Source: a virus
Virus record (IMG/VR): IMGVR_UViG_3300010400_000004
Coordinates: 10,534-74,533 of that record
Reading direction: 5' to 3' (one strand)
Length of the DNA: 64,000 bases
In this document: positions 55,193 to 64,000 of the stretch, piece by piece
Numbering within the stretch: position 1 is the stretch's first letter
Layout: the number at the start of each line of letters is the position of its first letter
The notes under the pieces: generated by a model
What the model was told of the DNA's origin: nothing
The model's input: the letters and a program-made list of their open reading frames with translations, nothing else
Databases searched by the model: none
Program-made: the position numbers and the translations under genes

Positions 55193-56572
55193 ATGGCAGA
55201 TAATGCAAACCCCCCACTAAATCCCGACTTGACGTTCGAGCAACTTCAAGCGCAAAACGAAGAAACCGCTCGCAAGCTTGTGGCACAAGGCAACGATGTC
55301 CTTAAAGCGCCTGGACCGGACGATTTTCGTGCTGCTTCCGAGGGACTCGACGCACTCGCTGAGTCGATTAGCAAGAAGAACGACCCGGCAGTGATCGAAG
55401 CCGAAGCGAAAGCAAAGGCGGACGCAGAAGAAGCGGCTCGCAAGGCGGCTGAATCACCCGAGGCAAAAGCGGCTGCTGAAAAGGCAGCGGCAGATAAAGC
55501 CGAAGCTGACGCAGCGAGGGAAGCAGCCAAGAAAAGAGCCGACGAGATTTTTAAAGACTCTCCGACTCTTCCTCCGAATGCCAGCCCGAAATCAACCGAA
55601 GCTTTTGATGGGATCAAGATCAGGGCCGCTCAAGAAGTTTCAGCTAAAGAAGCGGAAATCGAAAAACTGAAGAAAGACATCGCGGAGCGCGACGAAAAAC
55701 TCAAAAACCCTATTCCGCCCGAGACTGAGAAGGAAATCAAAGACCTTCGCGAGTGGAGGGCGAAGCTCGATGTTGAAGCCGACCCGAAATTCAAGGAATT
55801 CGACAAGAACGCGGAGAACATTCGCGAATTCATTTACGAACAGCTTCGGAACTCTCCCAACGTCGCGGGAGACAAATTGATTGAGAAAATTAAGTCCCTT
55901 GGCGGTCCTGAGAAAGTGGTGTGGGACAAGATTTTCACCAGTCTCAACGACCCGACGCTCCAAAAAATTATCGAGTCGAAAATCTCCGACATCGAGTTGA
56001 TGAATTTCAACAAAGCCGAAGCGATTAAGACGGCAAAGAAGAACATTCAGCAATATGTCGCAGAACGAAGCTCAGAGGTGGAGAAAAACAAGACGGCCCG
56101 ATTCACTGAGACACAAAACCACCTCAAGGAACTGACCGGCAAACTCGATTTTCTCAAGCCGATGCCCGACGATCCGAAAGCCGACGCGCCGAAGAAAGCG
56201 GCAATCGCGGAGCACAACAAATGGGTCGCTACCGTCAACGAGAACATTCAATATTCGATTACCAACGACAACCCGGAGACCTACGCAATCCTCGTTGCTG
56301 GTATGGCAAACCTAATGCACGCAAACCGACAGCTCGACGTGAAGGACGAACAAGTCAAAGTTTTGACTGCTGAGAATTCTGAACTGAAAACATCGTTAGC
56401 CAAATTGAAGAACGCCAGCGTCAACCGTATCCGCGAGGGTAACGCGCCCGCGAGCGGAGATTTGCCGAAACCGAAGACCGACGAACAACGGCTTTTCAAT
56501 ACACCGGCAACCCAGGCACTCGATGACATTGCCAAGGATATTTCGGAGAAACGAAAGGCAGCAGGACAATGA
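55193..56572 (+). CDS. Putative capsid scaffolding protein
   Basis: Charged coiled-coil protein between portal and MCP. Confidence 0.6.
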   Translation: MADNANPPLNPDLTFEQLQAQNEETARKLVAQGNDVLKAPGPDDFRAASEGLDALAESISKKNDPAVIEAEAKAKADAEEAARKAAESPEAKAAAEKAAADKAEADAAREAAKKRADEIFKDSPTLPPNASPKSTEAFDGIKIRAAQEVSAKEAEIEKLKKDIAERDEKLKNPIPPETEKEIKDLREWRAKLDVEADPKFKEFDKNAENIREFIYEQLRNSPNVAGDKLIEKIKSLGGPEKVVWDKIFTSLNDPTLQKIIESKISDIELMNFNKAEAIKTAKKNIQQYVAERSSEVEKNKTARFTETQNHLKELTGKLDFLKPMPDDPKADAPKKAAIAEHNKWVATVNENIQYSITNDNPETYAILVAGMANLMHANRQLDVKDEQVKVLTAENSELKTSLAKLKNASVNRIREGNAPASGDLPKPKTDEQRLFNTPATQALDDIAKDISEKRKAAGQ

Positions 56573-56817
56573 AAGAACTTCGACCCCCTAAAAAGTTCAA
56601 GGTAAAGATCGAAATCAAACTCGGTGTATTTTCTCCCCACGGTTTATGGGCACGATTTGTGACCAATGTTTTAAAGTGTCCGAAGCTATTCAGAGGCACC
56701 ATCAAAACCAAATACCGATCACACAATTTTCCGTTGTATTCTCGAAACATTCCTGATTGGGCGAAGAAAGAAACCGAAGCGGCCCTGGATAAACTTTGTA
56801 ATGATCGAAAGAGCTGA
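56569..56817 (+). CDS. Hypothetical protein
   Basis: Overlaps both neighbours. Confidence 0.4.
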   Translation: MKELRPPKKFKVKIEIKLGVFSPHGLWARFVTNVLKCPKLFRGTIKTKYRSHNFPLYSRNIPDWAKKETEAALDKLCNDRKS

Positions 56818-57706
56818 CCATACCCACGGACTTCCGGCCCTCCCGGTTAATCCCCCGAAGGCGATCAACATTTTCGACAAGAAAGTGATGGTCTGCCTGC
56901 CCTGGCACAAGTCGAGTCACCCGATCACGAGCTTTTGTGTGGCACAATTACTCGACAAAAGGCGCACCTCCAGCGTGCTTAATTTTGGTGATGCGTTCGT
57001 TGCTCACTCTCGAAACAGTATCGCGGACGCTTTTCTCAAGACGGACCTTGAATACATGCTGAGTATTGACGATGATATGGTGCTTCCGATCGGAAACGCG
57101 CCTTGGTTCAAGATGTATTCGGGTTGGGATTGGATGCCCGATGATTTTGCGGGCTTGAATACTATCGATCGATTGATGTCACACAAAAAGTCAATCGTTG
57201 GAGCACTTTATTTCGGTAGATATAAGCACGGACCGCCTGTTTTTGCTGAAGGCGTCAACGAAGAGGCGGCAAAACTGGCTCGAAGTGCCCCGATTGATCG
57301 TATCCAGGCGACGAATTGGGTTGGCACCGGCTGCATACTTATCCACCGGCAGGTTTTCCTCGACATCGAGAAGAAATTTCCTCGTCTTGCGCGTGATAAT
57401 TCCGGAAAATATGGCCAATGGTTCACTTCCAGCGAACACGGTATCATGGAAGGCATCGATGCTATGCGAAAAATGCTCTCAGTCGGACCGATGGACGGTA
57501 ACAAGGCCATGAAAGCTTATGAAATGGCCGAGGGACTCGCCGCCAAAGCTCAAAATTCGAGCGGCTTGGGCGTTGGTGAGGACGTAATTTTTGCTCGTCG
57601 CGCCCGGGAGTGCGGTCATCAATGTTATGTAGATTTGGGTTTGGTGTGTGGACATATTGGATATGCTACGTATGGGCCGCGTAATACCTCTCAACGACCA
57701 AAATGA
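56801..57706 (+). CDS. GT-A fold glycosyltransferase (GT2-like)
   Basis: SRN; SIDDD; VGALY; GTGCILIHR; GEDVIF; CGHIG. Confidence 0.8.
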   Translation: MIERADHTHGLPALPVNPPKAINIFDKKVMVCLPWHKSSHPITSFCVAQLLDKRRTSSVLNFGDAFVAHSRNSIADAFLKTDLEYMLSIDDDMVLPIGNAPWFKMYSGWDWMPDDFAGLNTIDRLMSHKKSIVGALYFGRYKHGPPVFAEGVNEEAAKLARSAPIDRIQATNWVGTGCILIHRQVFLDIEKKFPRLARDNSGKYGQWFTSSEHGIMEGIDAMRKMLSVGPMDGNKAMKAYEMAEGLAAKAQNSSGLGVGEDVIFARRARECGHQCYVDLGLVCGHIGYATYGPRNTSQRPK

Positions 57707-58311
57707 ATACTTTCATCTATGCTTTGAGGGAACCGGATACCGGAGAAATTAGGTATATCGGAAAAGCTAACGATCTTCAAGAAAGATTGAGAATGCACGT
57801 CGAACATGCTTACATAGAAAAAAATCACAGAGCATGTTGGGTGAGGTCTTTGTTGGAAAAAGGGAAAAAGCCGATCATCGAAATCGTGGACGAGGTTTCT
57901 TTTGAAGATTGGGCTGCTTTAGAAGCGGCCTACATTCAATTTTACTTAGAAGAGGGTTGTAGATTAGTAAACGGGACTTTTGGTGGTGAAGGATTCGGAA
58001 TTCTGTCAGAAGAAGTTCGATTAAAAATAAAGATGGCTTTGAAAGGCCGAAAAATTTCTGATGAAACTCGTAGAAAAATGAGTTTGGCTCATCGAGGAAA
58101 ACAGCTTACCTCCGAGCACCGAAAAAATTTGAGTTTAGCTCGCCTGGGTAACACCAACAAGAAGGGGAAAAAGCACACCGAGGAATTTAAGGAGCGGTGT
58201 TCTGAAAGATGCTCTGGAAAAGGGAATCCTTTCTTCGGTAAAAGGCACACTCAAGAAACAAAAGATAAAATGCGACACCGCAGACATGAGAGAATTGCCA
58301 AAAACCAATAA
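57703..58311 (+). CDS. GIY-YIG homing endonuclease with NUMOD3 repeats
   Basis: IYALREPDTGEIRYIGKA; N-terminus closely resembles 935-1582. Confidence 0.9.
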   Translation: MNTFIYALREPDTGEIRYIGKANDLQERLRMHVEHAYIEKNHRACWVRSLLEKGKKPIIEIVDEVSFEDWAALEAAYIQFYLEEGCRLVNGTFGGEGFGILSEEVRLKIKMALKGRKISDETRRKMSLAHRGKQLTSEHRKNLSLARLGNTNKKGKKHTEEFKERCSERCSGKGNPFFGKRHTQETKDKMRHRRHERIAKNQ

Positions 58312-59047
58312 AATTCTCATCGCGTTGCAGTATTGGCACGGTGACAAGGACCAAGCGAACAAATTGGCACGTCTGATCGCTGATTTGGAGCCGAAAACGA
58401 GTGATTACGCAGATTTTTTGTTCGTGTGTCGGTTCGATTGCACTCACGATGACGCGACAGTGAAATATGTTGCTCGAAAGTTCAAAACTTTCACCTACAT
58501 AAGCAAAAGACGAGGCACCGGCTGGCCCGCTGGCTGCAACGGAACATTTTTCGGGACGATGGAGTGGTTTTTCCACAAGAAAAATCACAAACAGATTCCA
58601 CCATACAAAGCAGTCCTTTTAATCGAGGCTGACGGCGTTCCGGTGTCTCTCGATTGGATAAAAAACCTGAATTCTGCCTGGGATCGAGCGAATTCAGCGA
58701 AACCTGTCTGTGTGGCGGGACCGTGGCTCGACAACGGACCGATACCGGACTGTGGACATATCAATGGCAATGCTTTTATCAGTGGAGACCTGTATTTTTT
58801 GAAATGGCTCGTTACCCGAGTGCAAGACGTGTCGGTAAATGTCGGTTGGGACTACATTCTCGCGCCACAATTCAGAGATCGAGGTTGGGCGAACCTTCCA
58901 GAGATGCGAAGCGCCTGGAGATACCCGATTACGGAAGAGATTTTCACCAGCCTATTAAAAGAAGGGGTTGTTCAATACTGGCACGGATCGAAAGGGGAGA
59001 CTGGCGTTAAGTTGTGCAGGAAATATTTACTAGGACAAAACACATGA
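58286..59047 (+). CDS. Glycosyltransferase-like protein
   Basis: GWPAGCN; LIEADGVP (ExD); HINGN; GWD; HGSK. Confidence 0.6.
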   Translation: MRELPKTNKILIALQYWHGDKDQANKLARLIADLEPKTSDYADFLFVCRFDCTHDDATVKYVARKFKTFTYISKRRGTGWPAGCNGTFFGTMEWFFHKKNHKQIPPYKAVLLIEADGVPVSLDWIKNLNSAWDRANSAKPVCVAGPWLDNGPIPDCGHINGNAFISGDLYFLKWLVTRVQDVSVNVGWDYILAPQFRDRGWANLPEMRSAWRYPITEEIFTSLLKEGVVQYWHGSKGETGVKLCRKYLLGQNT

Positions 59048-59763
59048 GCAAAACACTCGTCGCTATTTCGGGGTATTCCGGGGATCAACACCAAATTGAA
59101 AACAATTGGGGAGTTTACGCTCACCACGGACACCCGATTTTGATTCTGTCCCCTGAGGACGCGCCAATTCCGAAAATCAATACTTCACAAAATATTTCGG
59201 CGGGAGAGAAAGGATGGATCGGTCCGCAGACTTTGGTCAGACAGCAATTGTTCTTGAGAGAGTTGCTCAATCAGAATTTTGATTATTATCTGTTCCATGA
59301 CGCCGACTCGGTTTGTCTGGAGCCGAATATTCCAAAATATCTTTACGACTCTCCGCATGTTTTCTGGTCGAACGAAGTTCCGGACCTGAACCCGTCGCCG
59401 TCTCGTCTGCCGAAAATCGCTTTGCAGCCTCCCTATTTTTTCTCGCTCTCAGTCTTGCGGGCACTCTTCCGACACTCAGTCACGCCAGCGATGTCTTTCT
59501 ATAGACCAGTGAAACAAAAAGCGATGCCGCTTCCTACAGAGTGCATTGACCATTGGATGCTTCAGATTGTATATTCAGCAGGTATTCCTCATGTAACTTT
59601 CCCCGATGGGGCAAGCTTCGAAACCACGAGCGAGCACGGTCTCAACACTATGTCCGAGCATGTCCGGGCACACGGGAAAGTTTTTATTCATCAAGTGAAG
59701 ACTCGTCCAGTTCTCGACCGTCTCTTGTCGGATCGACAAATTTTTATAGATACTCATAAATGA
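59044..59763 (+). CDS. Glycosyltransferase-like protein (paralog A)
   Basis: FHDADS (DxD); IDHW; HQVK. Confidence 0.55.
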   Translation: MSKTLVAISGYSGDQHQIENNWGVYAHHGHPILILSPEDAPIPKINTSQNISAGEKGWIGPQTLVRQQLFLRELLNQNFDYYLFHDADSVCLEPNIPKYLYDSPHVFWSNEVPDLNPSPSRLPKIALQPPYFFSLSVLRALFRHSVTPAMSFYRPVKQKAMPLPTECIDHWMLQIVYSAGIPHVTFPDGASFETTSEHGLNTMSEHVRAHGKVFIHQVKTRPVLDRLLSDRQIFIDTHK

Positions 59764-59863
59764 AAAAATTATCATAAATCGTGGATAACGTTTTTGCTTT
59801 ATTGTGGTTCGTGTTACTTGCTTTTTGGTTTTATGTTGTTTTACGATTCGTGATTTTCGCGCT

Positions 59864-60529
59864 ATGAATGAAAGCACACTCATCGCAGTTTTCGGATACG
59901 GACCGAGCAAACACGGTTCTGACACTTGGGATTACAAAAATTCCGGTGATGTCGAGCGTATTCGAATGTTGCTTCCATTTTACGAGCATCACGAGTGCCC
60001 GGTTGTAATCATGTCGCCGTCAGACGCGCCAATTCGCGAACTCGGTCCGCATATCTGCCGACAGGCGGGCAAGCGGGCATATACGGGACAAGAATCTCTC
60101 GATCGACAGAGGGACCATCTTCGAATTTTGTTGGAGTATCCTTTCGATTGGTATTTGTTGAATGATTCAGATTCGTGCTGTATCACTCCAGAGATACCTC
60201 CAAAATTCTATCGATATGGGTCGAATACTTTTTGGTCGAATGAAGTGAATGAGACCAGACCTCACGAATCTCCATATCCAAAAATCGCACTTCATCCTCC
60301 TTATTTTGTGCATCGTCAAACACTCGGACAAATGCTGAGTGTGGCAGACCGAATCACCGCCCACCCTATCACGCCGTTCATAGATCACTACATGCTTCAG
60401 CTTGTTTGTGAATCAGGTGTTATACATCGGTCCTTTCTGGATTTTGTGACGGATCGACGGATCATGCTTCATCCGGTGAAAACGAAAGAGGACATAATCA
60501 ATTGTCAATGTATAGGAAATCCAAAATGA
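59864..60529 (+). CDS. Glycosyltransferase-like protein (paralog B)
   Basis: LNDSDS (DxD); shares FWSNEV, PKIALxPPYF, IDHxMLQ and HxVK with paralog A. Confidence 0.55.
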   Translation: MNESTLIAVFGYGPSKHGSDTWDYKNSGDVERIRMLLPFYEHHECPVVIMSPSDAPIRELGPHICRQAGKRAYTGQESLDRQRDHLRILLEYPFDWYLLNDSDSCCITPEIPPKFYRYGSNTFWSNEVNETRPHESPYPKIALHPPYFVHRQTLGQMLSVADRITAHPITPFIDHYMLQLVCESGVIHRSFLDFVTDRRIMLHPVKTKEDIINCQCIGNPK

Positions 60530-61497
60530 GAGATTTACACGTTGTATGCGGCGGTAGCGGGTTCGTTGGCAAAGCACTCATTGCCAAACTAAAATCCGAA
60601 GGTCACGAAGTCAAGAGCGTTAGCCGGGGTGTCGGTCACGGCGACTGTGGCTGGTCGAGCGAGCCTTGGGAAATCAAGGATGGAGTTGAATACGTGAAGG
60701 CGGACCTATCGAAGCCGGATCATGCGGTAGGGGTAGTCCGAGACGCTCGTTATGTTTACAACCTCGCGGCCTCTGTCGGCGGCATCGATTTCATCCAGAA
60801 CAATCGTGCCGATTGCATGCTCTCCGCTCAGATCAACATGAACCTTCTTCGGGCGTGTAAACAGTTCGGAACGCAGAGGTATTTTTTCGCCTCCAGCGCG
60901 TGCGTGTATTCGAGTAACGATTTTCCCATTCAGGAAAACTACACTTCCCCGGCAAATCCCGAACGTGGTTATGGATGGGAGAAGATTTTCGGTGAACAAC
61001 TTTGTCGGGAATTTCGAGAGGCTGGGTATGTCGATACCCGGGTGGCTCGATATTTCACACTCTATGGTCCTGGCGACGACAAAAAGCACAATCATTTTCC
61101 TGCTGAGTTGTGTAAGAAAATCGCCCGGGCAAAATTTCTCGCTCACAAAGAAATCGAGGTTTGGGGAAATGGCACACAAACTCGGTCTCTTCTTTTTATC
61201 GATGACTGTGTGGAAGGAACAATCCGATTGATGAACTCAGGAGTCACTGAGCCACTCAATCTCAGTGGGGCGGAATACGCGACAACGAATCAAATGATCG
61301 ACATCGTTCAGCAAATCGCGGGCACTGACCTGGGTGTTCAATATGTCATCGGACCGACTGGTGTTCAATCGCGCTTCTCAAACAACACCCGGATTCAGCG
61401 AGTGTTGGGGTGGGAACCGAAAGTTGGATTGCGGGAGGGGTTTGAGAAGACTTGGCGGTATTGGTGGGATAAGACGAATAAAGAGTTGTCTAGATAG
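60526..61497 (+). CDS. NAD-dependent nucleotide-sugar epimerase, GDP-mannose 3',5'-epimerase-like
   Basis: GGSGFVG; NLAASVGGIDFI; ASSACVY; YGWEK; WGNGTQTRS; LGWEP. Confidence 0.8.
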   Translation: MRDLHVVCGGSGFVGKALIAKLKSEGHEVKSVSRGVGHGDCGWSSEPWEIKDGVEYVKADLSKPDHAVGVVRDARYVYNLAASVGGIDFIQNNRADCMLSAQINMNLLRACKQFGTQRYFFASSACVYSSNDFPIQENYTSPANPERGYGWEKIFGEQLCREFREAGYVDTRVARYFTLYGPGDDKKHNHFPAELCKKIARAKFLAHKEIEVWGNGTQTRSLLFIDDCVEGTIRLMNSGVTEPLNLSGAEYATTNQMIDIVQQIAGTDLGVQYVIGPTGVQSRFSNNTRIQRVLGWEPKVGLREGFEKTWRYWWDKTNKELSR

Positions 61498-61521
61498 GGA
61501 AATTTTGATAGGGTGTCTCAG

Positions 61522-62004
61522 ATGACTAAGATTTGCAAGAAATGCCACTTTAAGAAATTCTTACCTGAGTTTCATCAAGATGGGGATTCTCCGGACGGGA
61601 GAAAATCGGTGTGTGCGGAGTGCAAAGGGAAAGAGCATGCAGCTTGGCGCGAAAAGAATCGGGTGAGAATAAACAAACGAGCAAAAGAATACCGAGAGAA
61701 CAATCGATCGTTGGTTAGACATGCCGTTTGGAAGAGCGGGATTAAGACTAAATATGGTTTGACGCCAGAAGCTTTAGAGAATCTTCGAAAATCCCAAGAC
61801 AATAAGTGCGCTTGTTGTGGGGACGTATTTGATGATACACCTCACATAGATCATATTCACGGTAGCGATCCGGTCATTGTAAGAGGGCTTCTTTGCAAAT
61901 TCTGTAACCCCGGGCTGGGCAATTTTAAAGACTCGGTTTCCAGACTTTTGAAAGCCGCTCAGTATCTTCAAAAATTTGTAGTTGACACCCTTCAAAATTC
62001 TTAG
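61522..62004 (+). CDS. Endonuclease VII-family homing endonuclease
   Basis: CKKC...YGLT...CACC...HIDHIH...VRGLLCKFCN. Confidence 0.9.
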   Translation: MTKICKKCHFKKFLPEFHQDGDSPDGRKSVCAECKGKEHAAWREKNRVRINKRAKEYRENNRSLVRHAVWKSGIKTKYGLTPEALENLRKSQDNKCACCGDVFDDTPHIDHIHGSDPVIVRGLLCKFCNPGLGNFKDSVSRLLKAAQYLQKFVVDTLQNS

Positions 62005-62011
62005 CACTACT
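61982..62011 (+). promoter_or_regulatory. Class-II promoter TTGACA-N17-CACTACT upstream of the capsid gene
   Basis: The same CACTACT at N17 spacing occurs upstream of the portal gene (52054-52083). Confidence 0.6.
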
Positions 62012-62159
62012 CAGAGAAGCTAAAAAAGTTCTCTGCTCGCTTCACCAGGGACGGCCTAAATTTCTTCGTTGTTGGCCTCAACGTAAAACTAAATTCTGCA
62101 CAGAGAATCGTTTTCTGTGACCGGTTCAGACTCGGAATAGTCTGGAAAGTTTTTACGTT

Positions 62160-63461
62160 ATGCCTAGTTTCTTCTGCGACAGTCCATCGGACATCTCTGA
62201 CATCGCGTCCAAAGATGTAAACCGCATCGTCGGAACCATCGCTAAAGCGTTGGCAGCCAACAGTCCCTACATGAACGTTATCACCGGAGGGACTTTTCCG
62301 TCCGGAACTAGCGATTCGATCCGGAGCGTCGTTCAGATGCAAGCTGCTCCAGGGGACTCACTTGCAATCCCTACGTTCCTCTGCGATACGGAAATCTGCG
62401 GAAACCTCGGTATTCAGGATTTGACCGACACGGTTGAATTCACTCTGCGCCTCGAATCTTTTCGTGGTCGCGGTCCTAACATCTGCGTCAAGAAAGGCTA
62501 CAGCGCCTTCAAGGGCAGCTATGTCATGGCCGAGGACTCCCTGAAGAAACTCGTCACGCAGTATGTCAATGCCGACATTCGCGCTCAGTTGTATCTGCGC
62601 TCCGCCTCGAAGTTCACGGCGAACGCTGGATACGACTTCAACAGCCTTTTCACTGGCGGTCTGGAAACCGACCTGGGCGTAAAGTTCGCCCCGTTGCTTC
62701 CTACCGGACCGATGACCTTCAAGGCGCTCCACTACATCGCTCGCTATCTGCGAGAGGTGCTTTTCGGTGAGTGGTATTCCCAGGACAAGGGCATGCCTCA
62801 CTTCCGATTCATCGGAGGTTCCGATCAGGTTGAATATTTTCGATCTGAGGTTGGCGTCCAGAACGTGATGATTGCCCTTACGACCGGTCAGTATAAGCTT
62901 GGCGAAACCTCGCTTACTGCCTATTCGTTCGAACAGTCTCCCGCGTATCGCGGAATCGCCTTCGGAGTCGATCAACGCCCGCTACGTGCAACCGGCTTCA
63001 ATCCGGACGGCACACTCGCGCTTGTTGACCCGGTGACTGTGGTTTCGAACCCGGCACGTAATACCGCCTTCGCCAAGCCAAATCCGGCATGGCTGAACGC
63101 GCCTTACGAAGTCGGCGTTCTCATCGCGGACGGATCGTTCGAACGGCTCGTTCCCGAGAAGTATGTCGGTGAAGGTAGCTTCAAATTCGCTCCGCAATTG
63201 CACATGGGCGAACTCGAATGGCACTACCAGATCGACAACCAATGTAACCAATGGGGCGACTTTGGATGGCACAAGTATCAGATTACTCGTGCTTACCGTC
63301 CTTTGCGCCCTCAGCACATCATCCCGATCCTTTACAAACGCTGCTTGGCAGACCTTGGCCTCGTGAGCTGTGCGGATACTAGCTCTTCGAGCTTCACCGG
63401 AGCTGACTCGTTCGTGGAGGTAGGCGTGTGCGGCGACGACGAAACGCCCGTAATCCACTAA
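62160..63461 (+). CDS. Major capsid protein
   Basis: 433 aa; last large head-module gene downstream of the scaffold; appears C-ending codon biased; followed by a terminator-like hairpin. Confidence 0.7.
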   Translation: MPSFFCDSPSDISDIASKDVNRIVGTIAKALAANSPYMNVITGGTFPSGTSDSIRSVVQMQAAPGDSLAIPTFLCDTEICGNLGIQDLTDTVEFTLRLESFRGRGPNICVKKGYSAFKGSYVMAEDSLKKLVTQYVNADIRAQLYLRSASKFTANAGYDFNSLFTGGLETDLGVKFAPLLPTGPMTFKALHYIARYLREVLFGEWYSQDKGMPHFRFIGGSDQVEYFRSEVGVQNVMIALTTGQYKLGETSLTAYSFEQSPAYRGIAFGVDQRPLRATGFNPDGTLALVDPVTVVSNPARNTAFAKPNPAWLNAPYEVGVLIADGSFERLVPEKYVGEGSFKFAPQLHMGELEWHYQIDNQCNQWGDFGWHKYQITRAYRPLRPQHIIPILYKRCLADLGLVSCADTSSSSFTGADSFVEVGVCGDDETPVIH

Positions 63462-63514
63462 GCAATTAGTCGAGCCAATAGCCTAATTGCCTCGACTATG
63501 GGGGTAGGTGAATC

Positions 63515-63546
63515 AGGGCGGACATCTTAATCGGTGTCCGCCCTTT
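63515..63546 (+). terminator. Hairpin terminator after the capsid gene
   Basis: GGGCGGACATC-ttaatc-GGTGTCCGCCC-TTT. Confidence 0.6.
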
Positions 63547-63557
63547 AAAATATCAAC

Positions 63558-64000
63558 ATGGCTGCTGACGAAACGACATTCAAACCAGGAGACTTAAACA
63601 ACGATCTGTTGAGAAAGATTCTTTTCGTCATTCAAAGTTGCGCCGGTCCGTCCTTCATAAAACCGGCTTTCAAACTTGGGGATAACGGCAACAATCTGCT
63701 TAGAAAAATCCTGGCAGTCCTCAGTAACTCCGCCGAGACGACTTATCGACCTGGAGACGACGACAACAACATCCTCAGAAAAATACTTACCGTAGTCAGT
63801 AACTCCGACGAGACGGCTTACAGATTAGGAGACACCGACAACAATATTTTGAGGAAAATTTTAGCCAGCATCAGTATTTCCTCGGACACAATTTTTAGAC
63901 CGGGCGATACGGATAACAACCTCTTGAGAAAGTTTTTAGCCGCTACCAGTGCCGTAGGAGGACTAATTGGTTGCCCCAATCCCCCGCCTCCTGAAGAATT
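63558..64000 (+). CDS. Repeat-containing virion protein (3'-truncated by window)
   Basis: Open frame with five (F/Y)(K/R)(P/L)GDxxNxxLRK(I/F)L repeats. Confidence 0.65.
   Translation, partial: MAADETTFKPGDLNNDLLRKILFVIQSCAGPSFIKPAFKLGDNGNNLLRKILAVLSNSAETTYRPGDDDNNILRKILTVVSNSDETAYRLGDTDNNILRKILASISISSDTIFRPGDTDNNLLRKFLAATSAVGGLIGCPNPPPPEE

Noticed and set aside
1560-63458. Many long antisense or nested ORFs in the track (e.g. 1560-2153, 7403-8014, 26638-27378, 62358-62975)
   Set aside because: They are shadow frames of well-supported genes, with no motifs or start context.
63558-63940. CRISPR-like nucleotide repeats
   Set aside because: The repeats vary at synonymous positions and keep frame, so they are protein repeats.
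1-64000. Alternative genetic code or integrated prophage boundaries
   Set aside because: Core genes are intact in the standard code, and no host genes or att sites are visible.

Overview
The window is most of the genome of a tailed dsDNA phage, probably a podovirus, read across a permutation point. The + strand carries the virion module in two parts. The first (43.2-64 kb) runs terS-like, an accessory island with tRNAs, terL, portal, scaffold, a glycosylation cluster, major capsid and a repeat protein. The second (1-12.4 kb) runs tail fibre end, GNAT, ejection proteins and a 2462-aa polyvalent protein. The - strand (12.4-42.5 kb) carries early and replication genes: PolA, primase-helicase, SF1 and SF2 helicases, RuvC-like resolvase, PD-(D/E)XK nuclease, a sigma-70-like factor, dCTP deaminase, dNMP kinase, HD nucleotidase, a histone-fold-like protein and many small ORFs. 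Eight free-standing homing endonucleases are scattered between genes. The most notable observations are: (1) a set of non-canonical tRNA-like or CCA-ending RNAs, one embedded in frame inside the UvrD-like helicase, plus a ~175-nt ncRNA with its own promoter; (2) a virion polyvalent protein whose effector modules (two ADP-ribosyltransferase-like domains and others) are separated by a repeated F[K/S]P motif; (3) four glycosyltransferase-like genes and a GDP-mannose 3',5'-epimerase-like gene between scaffold and capsid genes; (4) two promoter classes, one of which (TTG-like -35, N17, CACnnnT) may be read by the phage sigma factor; (5) a recurring AAUAAA-loop leader hairpin. All calls come from reading motifs by eye. 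No database searches or folding programs were run.
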